Counted from the whole stretch's first letter, positions 13,481 through 26,387 are shown. The stretch is DNA of 63,967 nt, filler included, from Octopus bimaculoides (GCF_001194135.2; 10 parts of 10 records of this genome joined end to end with filler, not necessarily neighbours in it); one strand, 5' to 3'. Program-made: numbers and translations. Notes: generated from the letters alone by a model not told the origin.

Positions 13481-14672
13481 ATTAGAGGATGAAAGCCATT
13501 TAAGTGCACTGGCAAAGACACACAGTATGAAACTGAGAACCCACCAAAGGTAGATATTCATAGTTGTATGGGTTTACATATTGTCGATAAGAAATAGGAA
13601 GTAGTTGGTGAAGCTACAAGAAGAAAATTGTAATTTTCTAAATTTGAAATGAAAAAATATTTCGAATTCCTATTTTACATGTTGTAAACGTTAATGAAAT
13701 TTAATCATACTTCAGTGAATTTTCCGAGTAAATGTTATCAGTTTCTGTACGCATCGAATTCAGTTCTTTGCTACGAAAAGTATCAGTATTCATCATCTCA
13801 AATGGATTAATGCATTTCATTACTCGCTAAATCTTACCGATATGCCTTAAGAAAAAATTACGATAAAGATTAATTCTCATTATAAGATGGATTAAAAGAT
13901 AACTGCAAATGTAAAATAGAATGAAGATTACAAATTTTGCCTCCCGCAACATGTCGTTTCTTTCATCACAATAAAATATGTATATTTTTTATAAATATTT
14001 TTGAACTTGATATCAGATTAATTTCTTTAAGAGATGCTTATTGCTAATTAAATGGACTAAACCGCATTGCAGATGATACGTTACTGAGGTTTTCAGAAAT
14101 ATAAAGCAAAGTTTGCTTTTTCAGAATTTGAAATTTCAACAGTAACGGAATTTACTTATAATATCAGAAAACAACTAAGCATCTAAGCGGTGTGTCATAT
14201 CGTTCTCTATAAGTGGCACCAAATTGTCTCCCATTGGAAATATATCATTATGCTTTGACTGTCTACTGAGACAAGTTTCGCATGGAAGTAGGCATAGACC
14301 GCAGTGTACAGAGTTAAGATCAAACAATTGCCAATATGGTGATGCCTGTTCGAACTGAAACAAATCGCGATACATATATACTCCTGTCTTCAGGAACAAA
14401 AACAGAAAAAAAATGTCAAATTAACTTTTCTTTAATAGTAGGTCAGTTTAGGAGAATTCTTATAGCTTCAGATTAGCTTCTTATCTCACTGTGAGTCGGT
14501 CGCATTTACCACAAGGCGTTTATTTATTTTCCCTCAATGTGAAGATAATTTTAGCAAATCAAAATATTTTGTGTGCCTTATAATATACCTTTATTCGCCT
14601 TTGTTGTCCAAATCTTTCCAATGGACACTTCGTAGTATTTCGCTGGATTAATTTTCATTTAGCGCGTGCACG

Positions 14673-14718
<46 letters not shown>

Positions 14719-17700
14719 ACCGTACAATCACACACAGACGCATGCACACAAACACACACATACACACACACAAACACGCTCACCACACACAAACGTACAA
14801 TCACACACACGCATACACGCATGCACGCAAATACATAAAACCACTCACACAAATTAGTTGAGTTTTCTGTCGTTGCCGGAGAATTTTCGCAACAGAATTC
14901 CTTTATTTCAATTTTTCTTTCATTCCATATCAGACCATGTCTTCTCCAGGGGAACTGACATGTTGACCAGGAAAGATGTCTGCATTATTTAGGACAATTG
15001 ATAATGTATCGATAAACTTAGTATTTTTCTTTCCATTTGGTGCTTAGATGTAAGGGTTCTTCTCATCTGGCTGCTGCTGCTTTCTATCTTTCGACTGTGT
15101 CACCCCAGGTCAGAGTAGTTCGTACAGCTGGAAATTGTCTGATCCAAACTTGGTTTCGCGCCAGAATCAAAAGAATCACTATACTTACACGATAAAATAT
15201 TGAATTCAAATTTTCACACAAGGTCAGCAATTCCCGAGGAGGGGGTAAGTCGATTACATCAACCCCAGTGTTCAGCTGGTGCTTATTTTATCGACCCCGG
15301 AGGGATAAAAGTCAAAGGCGACCATGGTGGAATTTGAACTCATTTGTGTGATAAAATATTGATTTCTGGCATTGATGCACTGTTTCAAGTTTAATGATGG
15401 AGTGATGTATATCATTCGCTTATATTGACAGCAGTATTTCGCTGGTCTCTTATTTTACCGAAACCGAAACATTGAGAGCCAAAGTGAGATCTGACCTTAT
15501 CGATCGATAGTCAAAATACCGTGAAACACATTCATCGGTTTAATGACTTCGCCGGTTAATTCGCCGACTTCCTTTTATCTTTTACCTGTTTTAGTCACTG
15601 GGCTGCACACATGAGTTGCATCCATAATGAGGTACTGCCTTGTGGATAATAGTTGGACAAATCAGACCCAAATGAAAATAACTCCATTCAATTGTTTTTT
15701 CTGTAGTTCCAGCTTTTTAAATGATCAGATATCTACTAAGTAAATGACTTTATATGCGTATATTGTTACGATCAGGCAAATACTTATGCATAAAAGGAGG
15801 TAAACTTCTGATCGCAGCAACAGAAATTATTCAAACAGGGAATTAATATTCAAAGATTGAAATTATGTAACAACAGGTATTATACCCAAAGAATCTCATG
15901 TCCAGTCCTCGATTGTTCAAAGGTAGGTGGTGAGCGGTCCGATCCGTACGCAGCTCCCTCTCGTATTTTGTAACATCCAAGCCCCATCCTCCTGTATTCT
16001 CAACTCCCCGTTTTAACAGGAAGTCAACGAGATTACCTGCCTCGCTCGTTAACAGGGAGCAAACGAGATTACCTGTCTCGTCCCATGCTCACTTCCTGTA
16101 TGTATATATGTACATACCCACGTCATTTCAATTCTGCCAAAAGGTCGTTGACAAACGTTTATCTCGCCCATTCAGAAAACATTGTAAGTTCTCTTCCTTA
16201 ATTATATTATAGATATACATAACAATATGCATGTGAAAATGTCACAGAAAGGCTTCGAAATGGTGCGTCCTGGAGACATACAAATTTGATCTACGAAATC
16301 TCCGTCCCAACGACAAGAATTTTGGTAATAATTAATCAAAATATATAATATTCTACGAGAAATAACTCAAATTTTAGATTCTCAAATCTACCATTCTCTA
16401 TCTGTCTTTCTGTCTAGATCTTTCTGCTTCCCCTATATTAATTAATCAATTGATGAACTATTGTTCCAAGAATGGTACGTTGTCTATACTTATTGTTCTA
16501 AGATTGGTACTTTATCTATTGTTCTCTTTTACGTAACTGCTAAGTTACAGTGGTGTAAACAAACCAACATTGGTTTTCAAGTGATGATGCGGGACAAAAC
16601 CAAATACACAAACATACATACATAGACACACACATACATACATGCATACATACATATATATATANNNNNNNNNNNNNNNNNNNNNNNNNNNNNNNNNNNN
16701 NNNNNNNNNNNNNNNNNNNNNNNNNNNNNNNNNNNNNNNNNNNNNNNNNNNNNNNNNNNNNNNNNNNNNNNNNNNNNNNNNNNNNNNNNNNNNNNNNNNN
16801 NNNNNNNNNNNNNNNNNNNNNNNNNNNNNNNNNNNNNNNNNNNNNNNNNNNNNNNNNNNNNNNNNNNNNNNNNNNNNNNNNNNNNNNNNNNNNNNNNNNN
16901 NNNNNNNNNNNNNNNNNNNNNNNNNNNNNNNNNNNNNNNNNNNNNNNNNNNNNNNNNNNNNNNNNNNNNNNNNNNNNNNNNNNNNNNNNNNNNNNNNNNN
17001 NNNNNNNNNNNNNNNNNNNNNNNNNNNNNNNNNNNNNNNNNNNNNNNNNNNNNNNNNNNNNNNNNNNNNNNNNNNNNNNNNNNNNNNNNNNNNNNNNNNN
17101 NNNNNNNNNNNNNNNNNNNNNNNNNNNNNNNNNNNNNNNNNNNNNNNNNNNNNNNNNNNNNNNNNNNNNNNNNNNNNNNNNNNNNNNNNNNNNNNNNNNN
17201 NNNNNNNNNNNNNNNNNNNNNNNNNNNNNNNNNNNNNNNNNNNNNNNNNNNNNNNNNNNNNNNNNNNNNNNNNNNNNNNNNNNNNNNNNNNNNNNNNNNN
17301 NNNNNNNNNNNNNNNNNNNNNNNNNNNNNNNNNNNNNNNNNNNNNNNNNNNNNNNNNNNNNNNNNNNNNNNNNNNNNNNNNNNNNNNNNNNNNNNNNNNN
17401 NNNNNNNNNNNNNNNNNNNNNNNNNNNNNNNNNNNNNNNNNNNNNNNNNNNNNNNNNNNNNNNNNNNNNNNNNNNNNNNTACTATTTTCGTATAATAAAA
17501 GATGAAACCATAATTCACAAATCGAATGTTTGACGACCTTACGATTATCATCATGTGGTCAAGTAGTTGGAACATTGGAAAAAATATTAGTCGCTCTTCA
17601 CCAATTCTGTATTGTAATTATCGATTATAGCAATTTTTGTCGCTGATTACAACAGTCGCATTCACTTCTCAACATCTTAAAAATTTTTCTCGGTTCTAAA

Positions 17701-18287
17701 AAAAAAAAAAATTAAAAAAAAGAGGAATTTCGCTACTAGTGTTATTTTTATATATTTGAAGCTGTTTGCCATCAAGTGTATGAGTGTGTTAATCTGGGGA
17801 TAATATTTTTGTTGCTCTTGAGAAACGATATATGGTTGTCCCTAACATGTGATCTTGGATTTTCTTTGCTTGGAATATGTCATGGAGACGTCCTTCTTGA
17901 CGGATAAAAAACATTATTATTATAAATAGTGTCACGTTTCATACCAACTTTCAAATTTAAATTGACAATTTAGGAATTTAGAAAAATAATTGAAAGAAGA
18001 TTTAATCCGAATTATTAACAACGTAAAAAGATTAAGTTACTGATATTCTGCGAACAGAATATTGCGATAATTCTTTGACAGACATTGGTAACAGATATGC
18101 TTTGCATTGTGACCGCACAAAAACCTCGTCAAAATATAATGGATGGAAAGCAAGTGAAAAACAGAGACAAATACACAACAAACGCACTCATATTACACGT
18201 ACACAAATACACAACTAACACACAAATATTCGCACGTTTTAGATATGTGTGGGTGTAGCTATTACGCTCACACTTTGTGTGTGTGTG

Positions 18288-18319
<32 letters not shown>

Positions 18320-18329
18320 NNNNNNNNNN

Positions 18330-18371
<42 letters not shown>

Positions 18372-19321
18372 CACATTTACATACTCACACGTAACACGTA
18401 TGAATATATATACATTGAAGAAGGAGAGAGAGGATAGAGAGACAAAGAGAGAGAGAGGGAGAGAAGGGAGAGAGAGTGGGAAAGAAAGAAAGAAAGAGAG
18501 AAAGAGAGATAGAGAGAGATAGAAAGAGAGGAAAAAACAAATATTTATTTAACTCAATTGGCTTTTCGGGTTAATTATTTTAGAATCACGTCCGTGTTTT
18601 TTCTTTCACATAAAGTTAAGACATTAATATTCTGACAATTCTTCGTGATTATTTCAGCATTGAAGTAAATTATTTGCAATTTTCGTAATATTACATTAGT
18701 ACAGAGCGAGAAAAAACCTAATTATGGTTATTATTGAAACATAATTATCAAATTGGTGTAAATATGATTTTGCAGCATCACTAAGAATCATTTGAAATTG
18801 TCTAAAATATGTTTTTGTTTTAATATATCTCTAGCTAATTCCATTGTTTTAGCCATTCTGTAGTAATTCAAGGTTACATTAAAAGAATCTACGAGAAACT
18901 TTCTCTGCAGACAATTGATGCAGAATCTTCTTTCACCTGTACGACGTCTTCCTCTGCTTTACCTTCTTATCACACAATGAAATAGAAAATAGAATCAATG
19001 AATGTTATATTCATATGGTAGTATTAATTAATTATGGTTACTAATTAATTAATTAGTTAATTAATTAGTAGCTATTAATTAAAAATATAAATCAGAAGAG
19101 GAGAGTGGAAATATGGAAATCATTTTGTTCGAACATTTCCTTAAAGAATTTATGATACTCTGATATATTTCGTTTTTACATTTGGTTTGCAAGACTCTTG
19201 ATGCGAATGTCGTAAACATATTTTGTTGTATCGCGGGGTGTATGTGTGTGTGTGTGTGTGTGTGTGGGGCAATAATAAACACACGCACTGGTTCTGTGTC
19301 AATTCTGTATTTTTCCCTTGT

Positions 19322-19620
19322 CAATTGGTTAACCATTTAACAAATTAACTTAACGATTGTTTGATTAATCGTTCGGCCTATCAATCAGTTTGTGAAACCT
19401 ATGTTTGTGAGACCTTTCGTAATCAATAGCAACCTCATCAAAGACATGCTTTCTCTGCCTACAAACGTGATGCAGACTTGGAGTAGAAAGGGTATGTCAA
19501 CGATGAAGTCGTGAATGATGATGAAAAGACGCTGACGAACATACCTGACTGACTGATTGATTAGACGGAACAACCGATCAAACAATCAATTGGTTAATTG
19601 GTTAAATAGTTAACTAATCC
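19322..19620. repeat. Diverged inverted repeat, about 68-bp arms and about 160-bp spacer
   Basis: CAATTGGTTAACCATTTAACAAATTAAC..GATTGTTTGAT..ATCAATCAGT versus rc GGATTAGTTAACTATTTAACCAATTAAC..GATTGTTTGAT..ATCAATCAGT. Confidence 0.75.
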
Positions 19621-20020
19621 ACAAAAAAACATACAACAAACATATATGATGTAATTCTAATGTAACTATTACAAAAAGAATTACACTGTCTCGTAGACGT
19701 GTCAGTCTGTAGTTGTAAATATAGATTATAGAGGATATACGTTTGTACAAAAACCGAATCTGTAACTAATTAAATAATTGTCCAGTTTTGTAAATTCAAA
19801 AGGTGCATATGGCAGCTGTTGCATGGTGATAGTGAAGGTGAGGCTGATAGAGATAGCAGCGGATCCTTATAAATCAATAGTTTCCAACTTATCTATGGAA
19901 TCGTTACCATATCTCACCATATTTAAGACAAGCGACATCCTTATTGGAGCAAATATTGAAAAATAATTGGTATTTAAATTGTAAATTTTGCAACGCCATC
20001 AATTACTAAATTCAAAGCAC

Positions 20021-20070
20021 CCTAGGATACCCTAAGATACCCTAGGATACCCTAAGATACCCTAGGATAC
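20021..20070 (+). repeat. Alternating 10-mer tandem repeat
   Basis: CCTAGGATAC/CCTAAGATAC alternating, 5 units. Confidence 0.95.
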
Positions 20071-20128
20071 GACAAAACTTCGGATGGAAACTAATACTTA
20101 TGATCTGGTAAGAAAAAAAGTTATCAAA

Positions 20129-20520
20129 GGCGTAGGAGTAGCTGTGTGGTAAGTAGCTTGCTTACGAACCACATGGTTTCGGGTTCAGTCCCATTACGTG
20201 GCACCTTGGGCAAGTGTCTTCTACTATAGCCTCGGGTCGACCAAAGCCTTGTGAGCGGATTTAGTAGACGGAAACTGAAAGAAGCCCGTCGTATATATGA
20301 ATATACATATATATGTATGTGTGTGTGTCTGTGTTTGTCCCCCCAACATCGCTTGACAACCGATGGTGGTGTGTTTACGTCCCTGCAACTTAGCGGTTCG
20401 GCAAAAGAGACCGATAGAATAAGTCCTCACGTCGATTTGCTCGACTAAAGGCGGTGCTCAAGCATGGCCACCAGTCAAATGACTGAAACAAGTAAAAGAG
20501 TAAAAGAATAAAGAGTAAAG
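20129..20520 (+). mobile_element. SINE family A (tRNA head, CORE-like motif, internal microsatellite, CR1-like tail), full-length copy
   Basis: A box TAGCTGTGTGGTAAG, B box GGTTCAGTCCC, CACCTTGGGCAAGT (CORE-like), TA/TG repeat in the middle, tail GGCGGTGCTCAAGCATGGCC..TGACTGAAACAAGTAAAAG. Confidence 0.85.
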
Positions 20521-20997
20521 AAAAGTGATAAAAAGAGAGGCCTTTAATTTTTCTTATTTAGTCTGATAGTCAGCCCTAATGGAACAGATCCTTATGGACC
20601 AGAACCTTATTCTTATGCAAATAGGTGTTGAAGCAACGACCATCCTACATTTTAGCAGATCATAATATATCTGGGAGTACATTATTTAACGTGCCCTATG
20701 AGATTTGAGGAAAAGTGGTCTGCAGTCTTTTGCAGAATGCCATGATCACGTTGAATGACAAAACACCAATATCATCGCTGTTGTTGTTATCCTCGTCGTC
20801 ATCATAATCATCACCATCATCGACACCATCATCGTCATTTTCATTACCATCTTCATAACCTCCTCTTCCTCCTCCTCCTCCTCCTCCTCCTCCTCCTCCA
20901 CGTCATCATCATCATCATCATCATCTTAATAATAATGATGATAATAATAATAATAATAATAATCATAATAATAATAATAATGATCATCACCATCATT

Positions 20998-21047
<50 letters not shown>

Positions 21048-21103
21048 CATCACCATCACNNNNNNNNNNNNNNNNNNNNNNNNNNNNNNNNNNNNNNNNN
21101 NNN

Positions 21104-21115
21104 TTAATTAATTAA
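21104..21115. other. Artificial gap linker TTAATTAATTAA inside N runs (also 26597, 31286, 46589, 47785, 50159, 59383, 61210, 62884)
   Basis: Identical 12-mer, always in the middle of a run of about 100 N; palindromic, with TAA stops in all six frames. Confidence 0.9.
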
Positions 21116-21231
21116 NNNNNNNNNNNNNNNNNNNNNNNNNNNNNNNNNNNNNNNNNNNNTATATATATATACGTATATATATGTATATATATATGTATTA
21201 TATATATTATATATATATGTATGTGTGTGTG

Positions 21232-21266
<35 letters not shown>

Positions 21267-21328
21267 ATGTGTGTGTGTATTATATATATTATATATATAT
21301 ATGTATGTATGTGTGTGTGTGTGCGTGT

Positions 21329-21660
21329 GCGTGGCACTTTGAGCAAGTGTCTTCTACTATAGCCTCGAGCCGACCAAAACCTTGGCAGTGGATTTGGTAG
21401 ACGGAAACTGAAAGCCCCTCGTGTATATATTTATACATATATTTGAATTTGTGTGTCTGTGTTCGTGACACCACCATCGCTTGACAACCGATGTTGGTGT
21501 ATTTACGTCCCCGTAATATAGCGGTTCGGCAAAAAGACCGATATAATAAGTTCCAGGCTTACAAGAAATTAGTCCTGGGGTCGATTTATTCTACTAAAGG
21601 AGATGCTCCAGTATGGTCCCAGTCAAATTACTGAAACAAATAAAAAAGAATAATAAAAGA
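21329..21660 (+). mobile_element. SINE family A copy, 5' end lost in a microsatellite
   Basis: GGCACTTTGAGCAAGTGTCTTCTACTATAGCC...GACCG...TTACTGAAACAAATAAAA. Confidence 0.8.
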
Positions 21661-22091
21661 GTATATAGAAGAAAAAATAAAAGCCCTTCCGAATACACGA
21701 AAGGTAAACATTGTATCGTATTAAGCAGTACATGGTATTACATGATATTACGAAAATTTGAAAAGTTCTAAATCTTCCACTGCCTTGGAAATATCCATCT
21801 CTTAAGAAAAACTCGATAAGTATGTTTGTGCATTTTCTGTTATTTATTGAAATTTATAAGACGAAAGTAGAAAGTTATAATTTACATAAGGTCTTTTCTC
21901 CATGTTTTGCTTACGAGATTATTGATTATTGTAGATATGTTTAAATTTCGATATTCCTAACTTAGCAGCCTTTTCAGTATTCACAGGTAGGTACATATTT
22001 ATTTATTTATTTATGTCTTTATTTATATTCCCTATCTAAGTCGATTCTTCTCAGGCGTTTGCAAACAAGACGGCCATCATTTCTTTTCTTA

Positions 22092-22139
<48 letters not shown>

Positions 22140-22579
22140 NNNNNNNNNNNNNNNNNNNNNNNNNNNNNNNNNNNNNNNNNNNNNNNNNNNNNNNNNNNNN
22201 NNNNNNNNNNNNNNNNNNNNNNNNNNNNNNNNNNNNNNNNNNNNNNNNNNNNNNNNNNNNNNNNNNNNNNNNNNNNNNNNNNNNNNNNNNNNNNNNNNNN
22301 NNNNNNNNNNNNNNNNNNNNNNNNNNNNNNNNNNNNNNNNNNNNNNNNNNNNNNNNNNNNNNNNNNNNNNNNNNNNNNNNNNNNNNNNNNNNNNNNNNNN
22401 NNNNNNNNNNNNNNNNNNNNNNNNNNNNNNNNNNNNNNNNNNNNNNNNNNNNNNNNNNNNNNNNNNNNNNNNNNNNNNNNNNNNNNNNNNNNNNNNNNNA
22501 GAGGGGGGGAGAGGGGGAGAGAGAGAGAGAGGGGGAGAGAGATAGAGAGAGAGATTCTTTCTTTCTCCTTCTTTCTATT

Positions 22580-22850
22580 TTTCACTTCTCTCCAACACAG
22601 TCTTTCTTCTCTCAGCCCCTCAGTCTCTCTATTATAGACACACACTCCCTCTCTTACTCTCTCTGTCTCTTCACTTCTCTCCATCACGCCGTCTTTCTTT
22701 TCTCAGCCTCTCAATCTTTCTAAATATATAGACACGCACTCTCTCTTTCTCTCTTTGTTCCTCTCTTCTCTCAGCCTCTCAGTCTTTCTAAATATATAGA
22801 CACACTCACTTTCTCACACACTTTCTCTATTTCTTCACTACCCTCCATCA
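22580..22850 (+). repeat. About 90-bp degenerate pyrimidine-rich minisatellite, about 3 units
   Basis: Recurring TTCACTTCTCTCCA(A/T)CAC and TCTCAGCCTCTCAGTCTTTCTAAATATATAGACAC. Confidence 0.7.
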
Positions 22851-22874
22851 CACCATTAAAAAAAGACATAAAAA

Positions 22875-25690
22875 ATGTCCAGAAACTGGAGGAGCATTGA
22901 ACTGACATTGTTTTTGAGAACCTGGCATTATGCTGAAGGAGATAACCCAAGCAATGTCATCGCAGCTGCGCTGAAGAGCAATGGTTACTCAAGAGCTTTA
23001 GGACAGATAGAACGAACGACGCAGAAGCTTATACGCTCCTACGCTCTCATAAGGTCCCACATCAGCACTCTTGATGCCATCTTTGATAATGAACAGAGCA
23101 AAGATGACAACGATGGGGGCACGGATGTAGGTGAAAGATGTTCCCCCACTTGTGGTAGACACTCAAGGAAACAGAGAAGATATAAGCGAGAAACCTGCCA
23201 GGAAAGAAAACCAAAGTGTAAGTGCCCCTACCACCATCAAAGTGAAAAACCGAAGAGGTGAAAGAGCCAAGAAAGGACAACCAAAGGGAGCAAAAACGAA
23301 AACAAAAGATGAAATAGCCGAAGAAAGAAGCATGTCTGACTGCCCACACAACAAAAAGGGTAAAAAGAGACAGCAGACACGAATATGTAAATTCTACTTG
23401 AAAGGTGTCTGCTACCATGGAGAGGGAGATGCAAACTGCCGTTTTGCACACCAAAGATCCTGCCGCACCAACATGAAACAGGGTGGAAACCACCTGCCAA
23501 AAGGAAATGATCACGTACCACTTGCCCTAAAACGGGCAGGTAATATACTGGCTCTCTGCTACACAAATAATATGGAACTCATCCATAATGTGAAAATGAC
23601 ACCGACGCTACTCACGAATCACCACATGGTAGAGCTGACCCTGTACGGACCAAATGGAACCATGGACATGCAGCCTACAAGAAACTCTCAAAACATTTTC
23701 AGTTTGATCTTCCATAAGGCAAACTGGAAACAAATTGAGAAAGAGATCCTCAAACAAAACTGGCCTAAATGTTTCTCTTCACCGGTTATCGACACGAAAC
23801 TTCAACAATTCATGTAAGTAATGCAAGCTATATGCTACAAATGTGTCCCGGAGAAAAAGGCCACTGTACACAAGAACAAAATCCCCAGGGAGAGGAAAGT
23901 TCTTATGAGACGGTGTACAAAAATTTCAAATCGCCTAAACAAGCAAATTGAAAGCAGTGAAAAATCCCGCCTGAAAATACAACTGCTAGAGAAAGAAAGA
24001 GCAGACAAAGAAGCTTGGGCTATAGACAATATAAAATCTAACCCCAGAGCCTTCTACAAGTTTACCAAAGAAACAGCCTCGGTGCACTGCAGGATAGGGC
24101 CACTCCTCGAAAAAGATGGTTCACCCACAGGAAACCTATTGAGGATAAGTGAAATACTAAATGAGCAATTGTTTTCACTCCACCCCTAGAACACTTGCAA
24201 GTCACCAATCCAGCTGACTATTTTGCCACTGTAGTTTTAAAAAGAGACAGTGATAATTGATTACATCAATAGAAAAGAAAACTATGTAACAAGGGCTATA
24301 GATGAGATGAACCTGGACTCAGCTACTGCCCTGATAGATTCCCAGCAATACTTTTAAAATCATGTAAGCGAGTCCTAGCAAAACCACTGCAGTCCCTCTT
24401 CCAGAGCTTCCTTGCAACTGACAAACTTCCAAGCGAGCTGAATGAAGGTAAAATATGCCCTATTCATAAAGGAGGTAGCAGAGCAGAGGCCAAAGAACTA
24501 TAGACCTATCTCTCTGACCTCGCACATCAGCAAAGTCATGGAACGAATAGTCAGAAGAAAACTAATCACCTACCTTGAGGAAAATGACTTGCTAACTGAC
24601 ACCCAACATGATTTCCGACCAGCAAGAAGCTGCCTGACTCAGCTCTTACAACACTATGACTGGGCGTTGAAACAGCTGCTCAACTACTCAAATGTGGATG
24701 TGATATGTCTCGACTTTGCAAAGGCTTTCGATAAAGTTGATCACAAGTTATGCAGATGATACAAAAAGTCTCATAAGTGATACAAAATCCTGAAGACGCT
24801 ATGCACCTGCAACGTGAGTTATATAAAACATACAAGTGGGCTAAGAAGAATAACATGCAGTTTAATACTGAAAAGTTTCAAGCCCTATGCTATCAGCATG
24901 CAAAACTAAATGCAATACCACTTAAATACACTGGACCTAGAGGGATTGTAATCCCAGAGACAGTCAGTGCGAGACCTTGGCATTTACATGAGTAATGATG
25001 CATCCTTCCATGTGCATGTTGCTAAGTTGGCAATGAAATGAGGCGGCTGACCGGATGGTTTCTTAGAACATTTAGAACGAGAGATCAGGAAACCATGATG
25101 GTCCTCTGGAGAACATTTGTCCTAAGCTGCTTTGACTATTGCTTCCAGCTATGGTCACCAACCAGTATATAATTAATTCCAGAGCTTGAGGCAATCCAAC
25201 GAAGCTACCCGAAGAAGATAGCCTCTATGCAACATATAAGCTACTGGGAAAGACTCAAGAGATTGAGACTCTATTCCCTAGAGCGTAGGCGCAGACGATA
25301 AGCCATAATATACATCTGGAAGATCTTAGAGGGCTAGAATAGGGCGCCACTGCGTAGTGCCAAAGACTCCAATTTTGCCATCAAAAGTATAGGACAAGAT
25401 ATTGCAACAGCCTGGGCTTTAAAGGCTCACAGTTCTTCAATATCCTCCCGAAGAACTTGAGAGGCCTACATGGGGTGGATGTGTCATCTAAACAAAACTA
25501 GATCTCTTACTGTCAAGTGTCCCAGATGAACCAACTTCACAGCAGGAAGTGCAAATATGGGCAGCGGCATCAAACTCCCTCCTGCACCAAACATCAATTT
25601 CTAAAATGAATTAATGAAGTAAAGATTATGTAGCAACACCAAATGGCGGTGCCCCAGCATGGCCACAGCTCGTGAGCTGAAACTGGTTCA
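22875..25690 (+). mobile_element. Internally deleted CR1/L2-group LINE: ORF1 region (Myb/SANT-like + CCCH), AP-endonuclease C-terminus, RT, 3' UTR
   Basis: ICKFYLKGVCYHGEGDANCRFAH (23386-23451); GNILALCYTN..TNHHMV (decayed APE end); KNYRPISLTSHISKVMERIV and CLDFAKAFDKVDH fused directly to YADDTK (deletion inside RT); YSLERRRRR. Confidence 0.85.
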
Positions 25691-25700
25691 GTTCATTCAA

Positions 25701-25818
<118 letters not shown>

Positions 25819-25938
25819 AACATATGTATATATGTAAACATATATGTATATATATATATATCCATATGTATATTTATATATATACATATAACGTATGTTT
25901 ATATACATATACGTATTTATATATGTATATATATGTAC

Positions 25939-25970
<32 letters not shown>

Positions 25971-25973
25971 ATG

Positions 25974-26007
<34 letters not shown>

Positions 26008-26222
26008 TATAAATATTACATTTCTAAATCTCTGAGAGAGTTATGCAGTAACAGCACGATAAAGTGATGGCTTGATGCCAACTTAATGTGGCAGTCCCAG
26101 GAAAAGGAAGAATGTTATTGTTATTTAGCCCCAAGAAACACCGTTTCTAGTTGGCTACGCGACACAAGCGTTCCGTGTCCTTAAACAGGGGAACTAAGCA
26201 CCTCCACCCAACAAAGCCAGCA

Positions 26223-26265
26223 TCCAGAGAATAGTTTCGGGGTTATTGCGCTTCATCAGTCTGGA
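26223..26265 (-). ncRNA. Minimal type I hammerhead ribozyme motif (antisense copy, stem III mutated)
   Basis: Minus strand TCCAGA-CTGATGA-AGCGCAATAACCCC-GAA-ACTATT-C|TCTGGA: intact core, perfect 6-bp stem I, ACTATT instead of ACTAGT, imperfect stem II. Confidence 0.7.
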
Positions 26266-26387
26266 TTAGTTTGCCCTTGCGACAAATGTAGTATTTCTAA
26301 TTTTGTTGATCAGTGAATATATTACACTTGAGATTCTATAAGTTTTTAACAGCGGATTAGCAGCGACATCTAGCAAGGCCAAGTTAC

